The notes: generated from the letters alone by a model not told the origin. Positions 36,617 through 49,924 are shown, counted from the whole stretch's first letter. The stretch: 55,492 bases of DNA, filler included, from Squatina squatina (GCA_031763465.1; 3 parts of 3 records of this genome joined end to end with filler, not necessarily neighbours in it); one strand, 5' to 3'. A program made the numbers and translations.

Positions 36617-37904
36617 TTCTGAATGTAGCTGCAGGTTGCATGTAAAGGTAATGACATCCACTATGGGCTCCAAGATGGCACTTGGCTATGGCAGTATGTT
36701 GAAGCTTACCTCTTCTTCTGTGCCAGACAAGCATGCATATAATAAACAGGAGCAGCCCTGGACAAAAGCAAGACTCCATGGCCTCCTTCTGTGCTGTATC
36801 ATTCCATGATTATATACTGACTGGAGATCAATGGCCCACAAGCATAGAGGAAGTGAGGAATGTTGAAGTTGGAGACCTCCCTCTCTATGGGCTAGTACTA
36901 TCCAGTTCGTAAGCACTGTCCCCTTTCTTACACAGGCATACACAGAGCCCCACAAGCAACACACATATTTATTATACTGCAATTCAAGCTCTGTTGGAAG
37001 ACATCTCTTAGCATTGTAACAATCGTCACTCTTTTATCATTATAGGACTGGAACAGCAGTCTGGCAGGCTAGGAAAAGAAAATACTCTGCATTTCTCAAC
37101 AACATTTGCGATGCCAACACACTTTAGAGCTTGCAGTTTTTTGTTTTTTATTCCTACCAACGTTCCCGTCTGCTACTTGTATCCATACAGCTTGCACTTC
37201 TGCTTTCACGACAACATGGCTTTTTGCACTATAGAACACTACCTCCATTGCTGCACCTCCTGTATTAACACCTCCAATGTCTCTTCCCGAAAAGGGCCAG
37301 TTCTCCCGAATTGCACTTGAGCTCCACTGCATTTTCAATCAAAGTNNNNNNNNNNNNNNNNNNNNNNNNNNNNNNNNNNNNNNNNNNNNNNNNNNNNNNN
37401 NNNNNNNNNNNNNNNNNNNNNNNNNNNNNNNNNNNNNNNNNNNNNGTGTAAACATCATTGCTGTTGTGTAAAATGAAGTCAAGTACTTATTAAATGTATA
37501 TTTGATACAAAGCAGAAATGTTGCATCTTTACAATATGGTTTTAGTGGCAGTAGTAATTAGTAGGGTCAATAAATGGAATACAGATATAGCTACATTGAA
37601 ATCAAAACATTTATATAGTTAAAATAAATCTTGGATTTGTAAAGCACACAATGTGAGAATAAATCTGTTTATTGTTAAAATGTCAGAGATTGGAGAAGGG
37701 AATACTGGACTGTATGGTACTAGCTGCATCACTCCAACAGGCAAGGACACAGCAAAATTACCAGAGTTTGGGATAATTCTAATCTTTACATATTTCCATT
37801 GGTGCACAGTGACAGTTTGTGTGTTGACATGGAATAAATGTACTTGCTGCTATCCAGTGGACTCACAGAGCTGCTTGCTTTTCCTTTTCTGTCTTGACTA
37901 CTCA

Positions 37905-38128
37905 GAGAGTGGTGAGAATGTGGAACTTGCTATAACATGGAGTGGTTGAGGCGAATCGCAGAGATGCATTAAAGGGAAAGCTAGATAAGTACATTAGGGA
38001 GAAAGAAATAGAAGGGTATGTTGAAAAGGGGAGATGAAGTAAATAGAGTAGGAGGATGCTCATGTGCAGCTTAGACACCAGCATAGACCTGCCAAATGGC
38101 TTGTTTCTATGCTGTAAACTCTATGTAA
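37905..38128 (+). mobile_element. CR1 3' end
   Basis: CAGAGAGTGGTGAGAATGTGGAACTTGCTA...TTAAAGGGAAAGCTAGATAAGTACAT...CTGTAAACTCTATGTAA. Confidence 0.8.
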
Positions 38129-38305
38129 CTTGCCTGGTTGTGGATGCAAGTGCTGCTGTTGTGGTTTTTGTTTTCTTTCTCTCACTGGAAACCTGGCTGG
38201 TCCTANNNNNNNNNNNNNNNNNNNNNNNNNNNNNNNNNNNNNNNNNNNNNNNNNNNNNNNNNNNNNNNNNNNNNNNNNNNNNNNNNNNNNNNNNNNNNNN
38301 NNNNN

Positions 38306-38470
38306 GGTAATGCCATCAAATATCATGGGGAGGTGGTCGGATTCTCGCTTGTTGGAGATAATCATTACCTGGCACTTGTGTGGCACGACTGTTACTTGCC
38401 ACATATCAGCCCAAGCCTGAACGTCATCCAGTCTTGCTGCTTGCGGGCATGGACTGCTTCATTTCCTGAG
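38306..38470 (-). mobile_element. LINE (CR1/L2 group) RT C-terminal fragment, different subfamily
   Basis: WQVTVVPHKCQVMIISNKRESDHLPMIFDGIT follows the RT thumb 'W...F...KC' pattern. Confidence 0.75.
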
Positions 38471-39699
38471 GGGGTACGCCTGCTGAACCCAGGTGTGTCT
38501 TCACCGATCATTTACCAGGCCCTGACCCTGTGTGTCAGTGGCCCTGTAAGGGTGGGCTTGGGCTCCGGTTCCACAAGGCCATAGAGACAGCTCTGCCTTT
38601 AGGGTGGGGCCCAATGCATCAAGCCAAACATACAGCAAATCCAGCTGCCTAGCACCAAATTTACACTGAGAACAGTGGCAAATATTTGAGGCCACAATTT
38701 CTTGAAAACCACTAACCACTTCAGCTTTTTAAATGTAATCAGTACATCTATCAGGAATAATCCCAGTCCAAGCTATTGCCCAAAAGCTTTGGATCTGGAC
38801 AACAACCAAATTAAACACAATGATGGACACACAAAGCTGCAGCTTTCAGCGGGTAGTTTAATGAACTCTATTAATAGTCAGGAATGCAGGATTATTGTAC
38901 TGATCCCGCAGTGTGGGCGAGGTGGCACAAGCATGTTGTTAAATGACCGCAATTTCTATTGTTAAATAAGATTTTAGGATTGAACTGAATTAGTGTGGGG
39001 GAAAGAGTTGAATAACGTAAAAAGAGCAGTGCTCCCATATTCAGGCACATTCCCAAATGGTTCACAATCTCCTGCTCAAAACAATGAAACAAAAATCCCC
39101 ATGTGGCTGCTAGATTTGGCAACATATCATCTTTGTCAGCATTTTCCTGTTTGTAGTTCTTCTTGCATATTTGGGGGCTATGACCTTTTCCTTTGTCCTA
39201 ATTAGTTCCTTCCTTTTCCAGTTAATCTGGCAAACTAAAGATGTGGGCTGAACATTCAGTGCAACATTGATTTGGCTTGAGGTATTAAGGATGTCTGCTT
39301 TGTACTGTGTCATTGTCCAAGAGAGTAGGATATGGAACCTATTCTCCGATCACACTGAAAAAAAGAAAATTACAGGCATTGCATTTGTGACCATCAATTG
39401 AAAAGCTCAAAGGTCTCGTGTGTTCTGATTTACTTTCCTGCAAACTGACTGTTTTGCCTCAATCCCCAAGAAAAAAACAATGACCCCTTTGTTTTTCTCA
39501 TCAGTTTTGGCTTCTCAGTAGAAGATATTTGTAATCTCAAGTTAGCTGAGTAGCTGTTCAGAGGCTATACTTTTAAGGTTAGAGTTTGTCTCAGAAACTT
39601 TGATTCGGGAATGGATCAAAAATCTTTCTGACAAAGAAACAAAAACTTCCATGAAAATCAAAAGCTAACAGTCTAGTTTCTAAAACCTTTCCCAGTTAA

Positions 39700-39915
39700 A
39701 CATTGTTTTCAGCCCCACCCCAAACTCCATTCCTTGGCCAATGATTCCTTCTCTGTTCCCTCACCACTATCTCAGGTTGAACCAAATGGTTTGCCACCGC
39801 AGCATCCCTGAACTGAACATCCAACTCCGTGATCCTCTCCATCACAAAGATCACTCACTTCCACCTTTGTAACATTGCCCATCTCTGCTCCTGCTTCAGC
39901 ACACCTTCCCTCCCA
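39700..39915 (+). mobile_element. L2 RT C-terminal fragment, decayed
   Basis: CCTGAACTGA...CTCTCCATCACAAAGATCACTCACTTCCACCTTTGTAACATTGCCCATCTC resembles L2 'ITK....HLRNIA.LR'. Confidence 0.6.
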
Positions 39916-41189
39916 TAATTTTCAGCTTTCAGAATTTTCTCGAGTGTTTGTATGATGAAAATTCCAATGTTCTCACCAACAACACGTGGAAGGAACTCAC
40001 AGACTAGTTTGTCATAAAGATTAAGAACATCTGTTTATGTGCCTCTGTCACACCCNNNNNNNNNNNNNNNNNNNNNNNNNNNNNNNNNNNNNNNNNNNNN
40101 NNNNNNNNNNNNNNNNNNNNNNNNNNNNNNNNNNNNNNNNNNNNNNNNNNNNNNNAGTTAACTTTTCAGTGCCTTATTAGAGCTGTCATTATTTACTGCC
40201 ATAATAATTTGTTAGAATTTTTTTTAAAAAACACTATGCTGCACAATAGAATATTTCAAGCTGAGATGCAATTGACTCGCATTACTGGATAAACATAGAA
40301 AATAGTTTCCCCGAGGGCTTTTCATTGTTGACAGTTTTTTTAAACTTGTAATGCATGTGTTTATTGCTCATTAAATGGCAGTTGTAAGGACAGTGTATGC
40401 ATGTGTGGATTGAATTAGACTGTAAGTAATAGAAATTGTTGATGCAGTAGAAGAGACCTGATCATTTTTGGCACAACCTGTGGAACAAGCTGTACAAGAA
40501 TTAGGTACATGTTGTGAAAGAGCTGCGTCTGTGTTACTCACCTGAATAACATATATCTTTTGAATTTTGCAAAGGAAAACATTTATTTTGGTTCACCATG
40601 AATCCTGTAATGATTATTACACTTGCAAGAGCTGTGTAGCCTGAATGTCCTTTCCTGCTGCTAATTTTAGATTGATGCTGGTAGAGGCACTCGGTGCTTT
40701 GGTTGTTGCAGGCTGTGGAGTCTCGTTAAGTTATACAAAAGTCTAAATCCACAATGCACAGATCACAACCATGATTAAACTGGCTGAAATCTTCCTGTAT
40801 CTTTTAGACACAACATTTTAAAATAGTGAATAATATGGGAGTCAGTACTATAATTATGGGAGCTAAAGATTCCCTGATGGCACTTTCATTTGGCCCTCCT
40901 TTCCTTTTTGGAAAGACATAGCACTTACTTTAACAAGAAAATGGCCCATTGACTCATCATTATTTTCAAATTCCTCCATGGCTTCACCCTACTCTATTTG
41001 GGCAATCTGCTCCACACTTACATCACATTCTGTACTCTAGTCACAAGATCACAAGATAAATAATAATGAGAAAGGCCATTCGACCTTTTGACGATTGTCA
41101 AAAAAATATACAAATTATTAATAAGTAACAATAATTTTATGTAATCTGACGAATATATTAATGTCACTTGGATATCAACTGTGGTCTCT

Positions 41190-41289
41190 NNNNNNNNNNN
41201 NNNNNNNNNNNNNNNNNNNNNNNNNNNNNNNNNTTAATTAATTAANNNNNNNNNNNNNNNNNNNNNNNNNNNNNNNNNNNNNNNNNNNN
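41190..41289. other. Synthetic scaffold-joining linker
   Basis: 44 N + TTAATTAATTAA (41234-41245) + 44 N. Confidence 0.95.
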
Positions 41290-44200
41290 TTCTGTCTGCT
41301 TCTCTCTCTGTCTTTTACTTCTTTCCTTTCCTTTCAGATAGGGGATGATAGCGCAGCAAAAGGAGCCATCAACAATTGCAGGCTGCATTCAACACATTGT
41401 GGGTTGTGGGGAAAATATGGCCCTCAGTAGCTTCCTAGCCATTACCCCAATCACTCATGCTCCCCCCCTCCAATCCCATTGCATTTCCTCCTACTCACCT
41501 TCCCACTACCTATTACACACCACCATTGTAGACAAGCAGACATCACTTTGACCTTGGAGAGTTTCCCAATGACCTGAATTCTCTAAGAGTACAGAATGTA
41601 TACCTAAATCTTTCCACATACCGATACCTTCCCCTACATAAGCGTGCATGCATTACAACCCAAACTGCTATACTTGAGCAAATGGCCCCAGCTTCGATAA
41701 TCGAAAAGTGAAGGGATTCCCAAACAAGACAAATTGTTGTTGTCAATAATGTCAAACAGCTGATGAAGCGATGTGACATTTTATATGTCAAAATAATGAG
41801 CTTTTCAGTTATTTCAAAATACAACATTTCCTTACTCAAATTAAACTAAAGGGCATCCTGACAGTTAGTACCTCAAGGCTATATTCTTTCTTCTAAATCT
41901 ATAATATTGTTCCAATACTTTACAACTTTTATTGACCCAAGCAACGTACATTCATAGCAAACCTAAGATACTTACTCAAGGATGTAGAGTTGTCAGGTGC
42001 TGTGATGGAGAATGACTGGAATAATATGTTTATCTGTGGTCTACACCGCCTCCATCTGCAGTGAAGTGAAAGAGTGCAATTGAGGAAAAGATTCTTTTTT
42101 TTAAATCTTTCTTTTTTTAGGGAGTTTGGGGGAAGTTGAACCCAGGCGTTTCTTTAGTTTCAGAAATAATCTTCAATTTTTGATTTTGCACAATTGCACC
42201 TCATGTATTGTCATCATGCTATTTACATAGCTCATCTGATGGGTTGATTGCAACAGTAAGGCAGTCTTACAACAAGTACAAATCACCAGGAACATTTTCA
42301 CCAGAAGAGTGAGATTTCGATAGGGCAAAGGAGGGCTTTTAAAAATAGACCACATGGAGAGACAAACTGTGCAGATAGGCGCAGTTCCATTAATATTTAT
42401 CTAAACCAATGGGAGCTTTGATATTTTTAATGAAATTATCAAGAATGCCAGCTTCAGTAGATGCCTCCAAATTTATTCTTAAGTCAATATGGGAATTACA
42501 TAAAGTTAAATATGAGACTGTAGGTTAATGTGCAGAGGTCAGTGGCCCTCAGGTTGGGGTTGTGTCTGTGTGATATTTATCTAATAATGAAGCTCAGGCA
42601 GTATGATAAATGTTCCTAGCTGTTCCTGTGCAAAAAAGGGTTTATAAACAAGTACATGCCATTAATCATGAAAACAGCTTTGTCAAAAGTAACAAGAGAC
42701 CAGATACATCTTTATAATTACCTGAGACGCCCTTTGTCCTGCTTCTTTAACGCGTGCTGCAACTCAAGTCACTTACTTTATTTTTAATGATTCACAATCT
42801 GATCTGAAAAAATAATAAGGTATTAAATTCCATCAAAATGTTATCCTACTGTAAGAGCCCCTCTATTGAGCTGGCTTGAAATTTAAAACTACGATACTAG
42901 CACAAAGTCACAATAGAACAAGTAAGATCATTAAACCACATATATTAGCGACTCATACCATTTTAACCAAACTCAACTCATTTAATTTACAATTTAAATG
43001 TATTTATGCTTTACTGTTCGCAGCCTCCTTTATTTTGCCAAATAATTCCAGTATGCCAGGTTGCCAGTGCTTGGATTATAAAGCAAATGTGTGTTTTTCT
43101 GTGTACAGCCCAGTCCCATGGGCAGATCAAATTGCCTGATTTGGAAGCTCGGATGCTCTGACTATACCCAGAGGCTGGTGCCAGAGATACTTCACAGATG
43201 AACACANNNNNNNNNNNNNNNNNNNNNNNNNNNNNNNNNNNNNNNNNNNNNNNNNNNNNNNNNNNNNNNNNNNNNNNNNNNNNNNNNNNNNNNNNNNNNN
43301 NNNNNNTGTCTTCCACTAATAGAACAGCCAAAGAAAATAAATCTCCCTGTGCTGCATACTGGGGATGATCGTTGTCCTGCCGTGGTTTGCTTCAAAAGAT
43401 ATTTTTCCTTACACAATTGCACTGCTCATTTCTTGATGTTGGGTCTTGAAACCCATGAGATTTACTCTCGCTGTAGCACTCTGTTCCAATGTGGTAAATA
43501 AGAAAAGAAGCCTTCCACCGGTTACCCAGACGTAAAACAGTGACAGCTTCTCACATGGTTCCTTCTCTTACCAAATCAACCCTGGCTCCGTCTGTCCCCT
43601 GAGGAATCCTTGATTATTGATGCTTCGAACAAAGGCAGTGTAAGGCTATTCTAGGTGACAGTGATTTAAAAATACTGGTCTGCAGCTCATTCCAAAGTGG
43701 CATTTTGTCATTCGCCTCCTTGGCTTTTCTATCCAATAATCCATTATATTTTTCCATTGTGATTACAGGCCAATCACATATCCCGCTCTCCCCATCAACT
43801 AGCTTGCGGGTTTGTTTTAAAAAAGCAAACTGACAGCGACTGCGAGTCTTCACTGACATTGAGAAATATTAGAGCGTATCTTTTGCACGGGCAAAGAAAG
43901 CCTGGATAGAAAGGACTTGCATGTTTAATTATTTCAGCCTCACGTAAATAAAGTTTTATTGATGGCAGGTTCAGAAATGCAGCCAATAACTTAAACTGAC
44001 TGTGCTGCAGAGGAACAGTACTAGTGCGAGCCAGTTGAGGTTGGATGTTGCCACGTAAACCCGCAAGTGGTGCCCTCTAATTCACAAATCTGTTTATCAT
44101 TATCTGAGCAGAGGCTTGCAGGTGACAGCGATGAACTAGAGAATAGGCTTAATTCAGCGCTAATTTGATCTTCCCAGTTACGAACTCAGTCTTCATTTTC

Positions 44201-45238
44201 CACTGTCAGTTGCTTGAATTGTTGCAAGGGCGCATAATAAACATTATACAAGTAATTTGCAGGCTCAAGTATGTCAACAAACATAATAGGCACTGCTATT
44301 AACGTAATCAAGCAATGATTGTGTTTTAGTGCTCTTCACAAATCTTTTATGTAATTAATAGAATTACATTCCTTTATAATAATATTTTAGAAATTTGTAT
44401 GCAATGCATGCAAACAAGAATGAAGAGGCAGTCAGTCAGCAAAGAGGGTAAGGGGGAAGCTCCAGCTACTTCACGTTCAGCTTTCTGATCCCAGAGGGCA
44501 TTCAATAGCTTGGTTTTCATACTGATGCCATTATCTGTACTTCACCTGCTTTATTTAGCATAATATATGCACTCTCTCTTTCAGTTTAATTAGCTCTACA
44601 AAAATTGCATTCTCTCTGATTGGCATCTCTGCTTTATTTAAGGCAGCAAATCAAATTGCAGAGGAAACTCATGCTGCCTGATGGGCAATGTTCCAGCTAA
44701 AAACAGAGGGTGCCCAGTTGGACTGCCCTGAGTTTCTGGTGCTAAGGGACGAATTGTTGAGCAAAGTTCAGGTCTTTGAAATTTTTCTTTAAGCCCAGCA
44801 ATTTGACATTTAGAAAAAATCTCTCAGACAGCTTTAAAAAATGTGCTAATTCCAGGGCTAAAGGGCCCATACTTAGCGCCACTTATCTTAATTTATTGCA
44901 CCAGTCGAATTGCCCAATNNNNNNNNNNNNNNNNNNNNNNNNNNNNNNNNNNNNNNNNNNNNNNNNNNNNNNNNNNNNNNNNNNNNNNNNNNNNNNNNNN
45001 NNNNNNNNNNNNNNNNNNTTCACTCATGGACGATTCACCCTTCAGTATCTGGGCTTCTATCCAGAATTGTTTTATCTCTCATACAAATTTGTTCAGCCCA
45101 TTAAATAGAGTTTACTTGCTCGTTTGCAATTGTGTTCACAGACATCATTTCAACAGCATGGCTAATAACCTTTTGCTGGTTAATTAAGAAAATGATCCTC
45201 ATCAGCCTTAGCTGGTAATTGTTTTCATTATCTTTCAG

Positions 45239-45472
45239 AATGTGTATGGACCATATTTACAGGCAACCTTCAGGAGATACCAAAAATTCGTGGATGGGTG
45301 CCCACTGTTCATTGGGCATCGTGAGGATGTGCCTTCCAGCAGTCACACATGTGAAGTAGAAACAGCTAGTTGTCCATTGCAAAACCCTGCACAAATGGCT
45401 GTGACTGTCTCCAATGAGCCCTCAGTGGTTCCAGCAGAGGAGACTCCTGGCAATGATGGAATTGCATTATGG
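45239..45472 (+). CDS. Candidate internal coding exon of an unidentified gene (78 codons, phase 0-0)
   Basis: Acceptor gttttcattatctttcag|AAT, donor TGG|gttagt, 234 bp open in frame: NVYGPYLQATFRRYQKFVDGCPLFIGHREDVPSS...GNDGIALW. No homolog recognised. Confidence 0.3.
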
Positions 45473-45869
45473 GTTAGTCATGGATACAGATAATACAGAG
45501 ACAGCTAATCAGCTTGCTCCCTGCTTCAACGAGGAGAGGACTTGGTAGAAGGGCACGTCAGCATGGGGGTGGAATTCGGCATGGATCGAAATTTGGTTAA
45601 CGCCTACTTAAGGCGTTAACAGGGCATTAATTCGCCATTTTGCGCCTCCCACAAAATTCGCTAGAGGAAAACTTTTGGCGTTAAACTTTTGCGCCTCTGC
45701 GGCCAGGCGAGATCGAGTTAGCGCCTCCGATGATGTCATCCGTGNNNNNNNNNNNNNNNNNNNNNNNNNNNNNNNNNNNNNNNNNNNNNNNNNNNNNNNN
45801 NNNNNNNNNNNNNNNNNNNNNNNNNNNNNNNNNNNNNNNNNNNNCGCGGTTTTACACCCCATTGTAAAG

Positions 45870-45975
45870 AAAGCACCTCAGATAGTGCAACATTTCCTTA
45901 TGTACTGCACTGAAGTGTTGGCATAGATTATGTGTTCAAGTCTTGGAGTGGGGCTTAAACACACAACATTTTGTC
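45870..45975 (-). mobile_element. Deu-SINE 5' fragment
   Basis: GTACTGCACTGAAGTGTTGGCATAGATTATGTGTTCAAGTCTTGGAGTGG is reverse-complementary to 34795-34850. Confidence 0.7.
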
Positions 45976-48070
45976 GAAGAAGTGAAATGGTGAGCATCAT
46001 TTAACTTCGCCAATTCTGTTCAGGAGGATCAAGAAAAAGGTCTCTGTTTTAAAATCACTTTGTAATCAGCTTGGTAAGTCATTCATTTTGATAGCTGCCT
46101 GTATTTTTTGACATTAATCTGCATCTGGAGGATGAATGCCCTAAAGCTTCCGTCTTAGTTCCACCTTTGACTACAAAATTATGAGTGAATCAACCAGTCA
46201 GTTATCACCGTGTGCTAGTGTGTTTGCATTTTGGCTGGCATGACCATAAATGTTCTAATCTAGCTTTGCAGTCCCAGAAAAGTGTGTCATCAAAATGAAC
46301 ACACCAAACTCAGGGATGGGGGAAGAGGATAAGTAATGAATAGTATTTGCTTTATCAATGAGCTGCTCATTTGCTGTGTATGCTGTGTTTATGTATTCAA
46401 CTGTAAAACGTTATAATTTGTTTATGAAATATAGACCATTGAATTCACACCAATTCATCCAAACTCGACACAGACGATGCAAACTGCACAAACTGCAAGC
46501 AGTCAATAACACTAAAAAGTCAAGTTATCAGAATTTGTATGGGGAACATTAAATTTCTAATTACTGAACCTATTTTACATGCATTGTCCTGCGTTCACCA
46601 TAGAACAGCACGTTTCTGAGCTGTATAGGAATCAAGAAGCAGAATAGCATTTTAAAAAATTATTGTTAAAATGAGAATGGAATAAAAAAAAGATAAGGGT
46701 GCAATAACCCAGAAAGGACTGAATGTGTTATAAATGATTTATGCTTTAGGCTAGGTAGGTTAAAAAGGCTAACGCTCTACTGTTCACCCATGCAAGAATG
46801 TCAAATCATTGGACCCGATAAAGAATTCACTGGTAATAAGATTTTGAAAACAGATATGTCCAGGTAAGGTCATGTGGCATATTAAATACGAAGTGTAAAA
46901 TAATGATCTAGTCAAATACAGGAATGTTAATGCCCGAGGCCTGACATCCATTTTAAATGTTAAAAATGAAGCTGTACTCATTTACTCCACAGAGTGAAAC
47001 TGAGTAATGAGTAATTCTGAAGGAGATTTGTGTTACACCGTTGCAAAAACTGGACACTGTAAAGGTATTTTTAGATCAGCCACTTTGCTGGATATTACAG
47101 GAAATTTTAAAAGAAAGCCAAAATCATCATTGGANNNNNNNNNNNNNNNNNNNNNNNNNNNNNNNNNNNNNNNNNNNNNNNNNNNNNNNNNNNNNNNNNN
47201 NNNNNNNNNNNNNNNNNNNNNNNNNNNNNNNNNNGGGGTAAATTGGCCGAGCTTCACTTCTGGGTGCTCCCCTCAGATACCAATCCTGCCCAAAGTTAAA
47301 ATCAACCTCTGCATATCTAAACAGTTCAGAAACACTCCAGGCAAGATAAATGAGTAATTAATAAGACTAATTGCCTATTACTTTCAGCGTTATCATACTG
47401 CATTAAATGACATTAATTCAGCACAAAATTTGACACACAGTAAAGAACAGAGTAATTATACACACAGGACATGCTAAGAAGTCCAGCCGGTTCAGCTAAC
47501 TGGTCAGTTCAGATAAGTGCCATTCAGATAACTGGTTTACAACTGCAATTAAAACTTATTTTAAAACTATAACCTTGGAAAGGACATCAGGATTACTGGC
47601 TTTTCATGTAATTCCTATATTCATTCATAATTGTTATTTGGTGACCTTTCTCCTTCAGCTGAGCGCTTATTTTTTGACATTCAGTGTAGCTGTCCCTGAT
47701 GTATGCACAAGTGAGCTAATTGTTCATCGCATTCATTTGATCGTATAGGAGACACTGCAGTCTGGGCTGACCTGAGTTAACTGCTATTTTTCAGTTTTAT
47801 AATGGAAGGGTTTTTAAATGAACATCTGCTATTAGTCAGCATTGATTTCCAGTCCAAATGGACTATTAATTTAGAGATGGTAGAAGTTACTGTTGGAGAT
47901 AATTCTGACAATGTTTTCAAAGCTTTTCATTATAAAGGAATANNNNNNNNNNNNNNNNNNNNNNNNNNNNNNNNNNNNNNNNNNNNNNNNNNNNNNNNNN
48001 NNNNNNNNNNNNNNNNNNNNNNNNNNNNNNNNNNNNNNNNNNTGTGAAGGAGCCATTAAGACTATTTGAT

Positions 48071-48252
48071 AGATTTTCACCTTGCTGCCTGGGTGTATAA
48101 TTAATGTTACGGATTGATTGGCTGCCCCTTGTAGAAACTGCCCAATTTTCACTTCCAGTGAATTTCAACGGAAATGAAGACCAGGCAGTTTCTATAATAG
48201 GCCGCCCGACCAGCAACATTAATTATACGCCTGTTTGGCAAGGTGAAAATCT
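48071..48252. mobile_element. Palindromic MITE-like element
   Basis: Perfect 15-bp terminal inverted repeat AGATTTTCACCTTGC/GCAAGGTGAAAATCT, with internal arms GTATAATTAATGTT/AACATTAATTATAC and TAGAAACTGCC/GGCAGTTTCTA. Confidence 0.8.
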
Positions 48253-49924
48253 GCCTCGATATCACTTACAGCAGTCCTGAATAAATCAATTAACAATAAA
48301 AAGAGTTCAGAGCAAATGAATACAGAAAAAACTGTTCAACTTTTTATCAAGAAAGATCTATTTGGTGGGGGTTGGGTTTGCAAATGTGTGCCTGCTGTGG
48401 GATAATTGGAGAGTGACATTTATCTTCATGATGTATTTGGGATTTTGTACTACAGTGCATTCAAGTGATTTAAAGTCTTATGATTGAAACTGCATTTTGA
48501 CGGAATAAATTAGAACATGGAATTAGAATTACTGAAATCTTTTGGAATGAAATGAAAATGTCTAAATGGTTTACTGATGCATGAGAACAGATTGGGCAGC
48601 AATGTGACAAATAGTATGTGACAGAAGCAGAAAATGGGGAAAATGTCATAAGGCAGATCTGACTCGGCTGATTTACTGTAACTGAAACATAAAGGAAGAC
48701 ATCGAACGTTAGAATGAATCAGCTCGGCTATTGAAGAGCAATTAATAACCAACAAGAGTTAAAGCTATTCCTAAATTTGGGTTCTAAAACTAGCAAGTCA
48801 TTAACAAAATGTATTTAGAAAAAGTCCACAGCACTTTCTTTATACAATNNNNNNNNNNNNNNNNNNNNNNNNNNNNNNNNNNNNNNNNNNNNNNNNNNNN
48901 NNNNNNNNNNNNNNNNNNNNNNNNNNNNNNNNNNNNNNNNNNNNNNNNTGCTTGGTTTTACCATTGTAAGAAATGTTAAAATTTTTTTAATTCAATAAAA
49001 TTTTTTAGGGTTCAATGTTGCTGCGAATGTGATAAGTTAATTCTAAATTGAGTCTAAATTGAGCAGGAAATAGGTTTCAGATGATTGGAAAATGCATAAA
49101 CTAACTTTAATACGCTAAAACTCAGAAAGAGGAGACTCAGCAGGCAGTTGGACATGGAGCCGGAGAGGACAATTGGTGCAGTTGCCAATCGGAAGAAAGC
49201 TAGACCTCCAGGCCTCTCAGTGAAAGGCGCAGATGATAAGCACAGGATCTTCATTATGAATGATCTGATTGTATGACCACGAGAGGGAATTGGTGCAATA
49301 AAACAAATGCTGGAACTACCATGCCTGCTGATGTAAGAACTATTTTTGTGGTAGTAATCCATCGGGATACAATAATCCTAAATTTTGCCACATTTCAAAA
49401 TCACAAGGGATGCAGAAATCATTTTAATGACCTTAAAAGAGTGTAATATTTTAAGGGTGGCTTATAATTAAGGGCTATGAAGAACGATCTAGAGTGGAAA
49501 TGTGACACTGGATAAATTGCTGCCGTCAGGAAAGTGCTATTGCTTTTCGACCTTGTGAGTGAGTACAGAGGATCTACCATGTTCCAGGACTCTGACATTA
49601 TAAATTATACCATGCCATTCACTATATAAAATATCAACCAAATGTAATGAAGGACAAAAAGATGTCAGCATCATATTTTATAAGTTACAAGAACAAGCGT
49701 AGGATTTGATGATCACTATTCACTTTTGTATACATTTCAGAAAAATGTGTTCAGTGTAAGTAAGAAAGAAAATGCCTTCTCCCAATTTGCTGACAACCAA
49801 TGAATTACTGGTCATTATTGTCACGTGGACAAACGTGGCAGCAGATTTGCACACAGCAAGGTCCCAAATAACAGCATGATTAGCATGATCACTAGTTAAT
49901 TGGCATGATCGCTTTGTTACCCTG

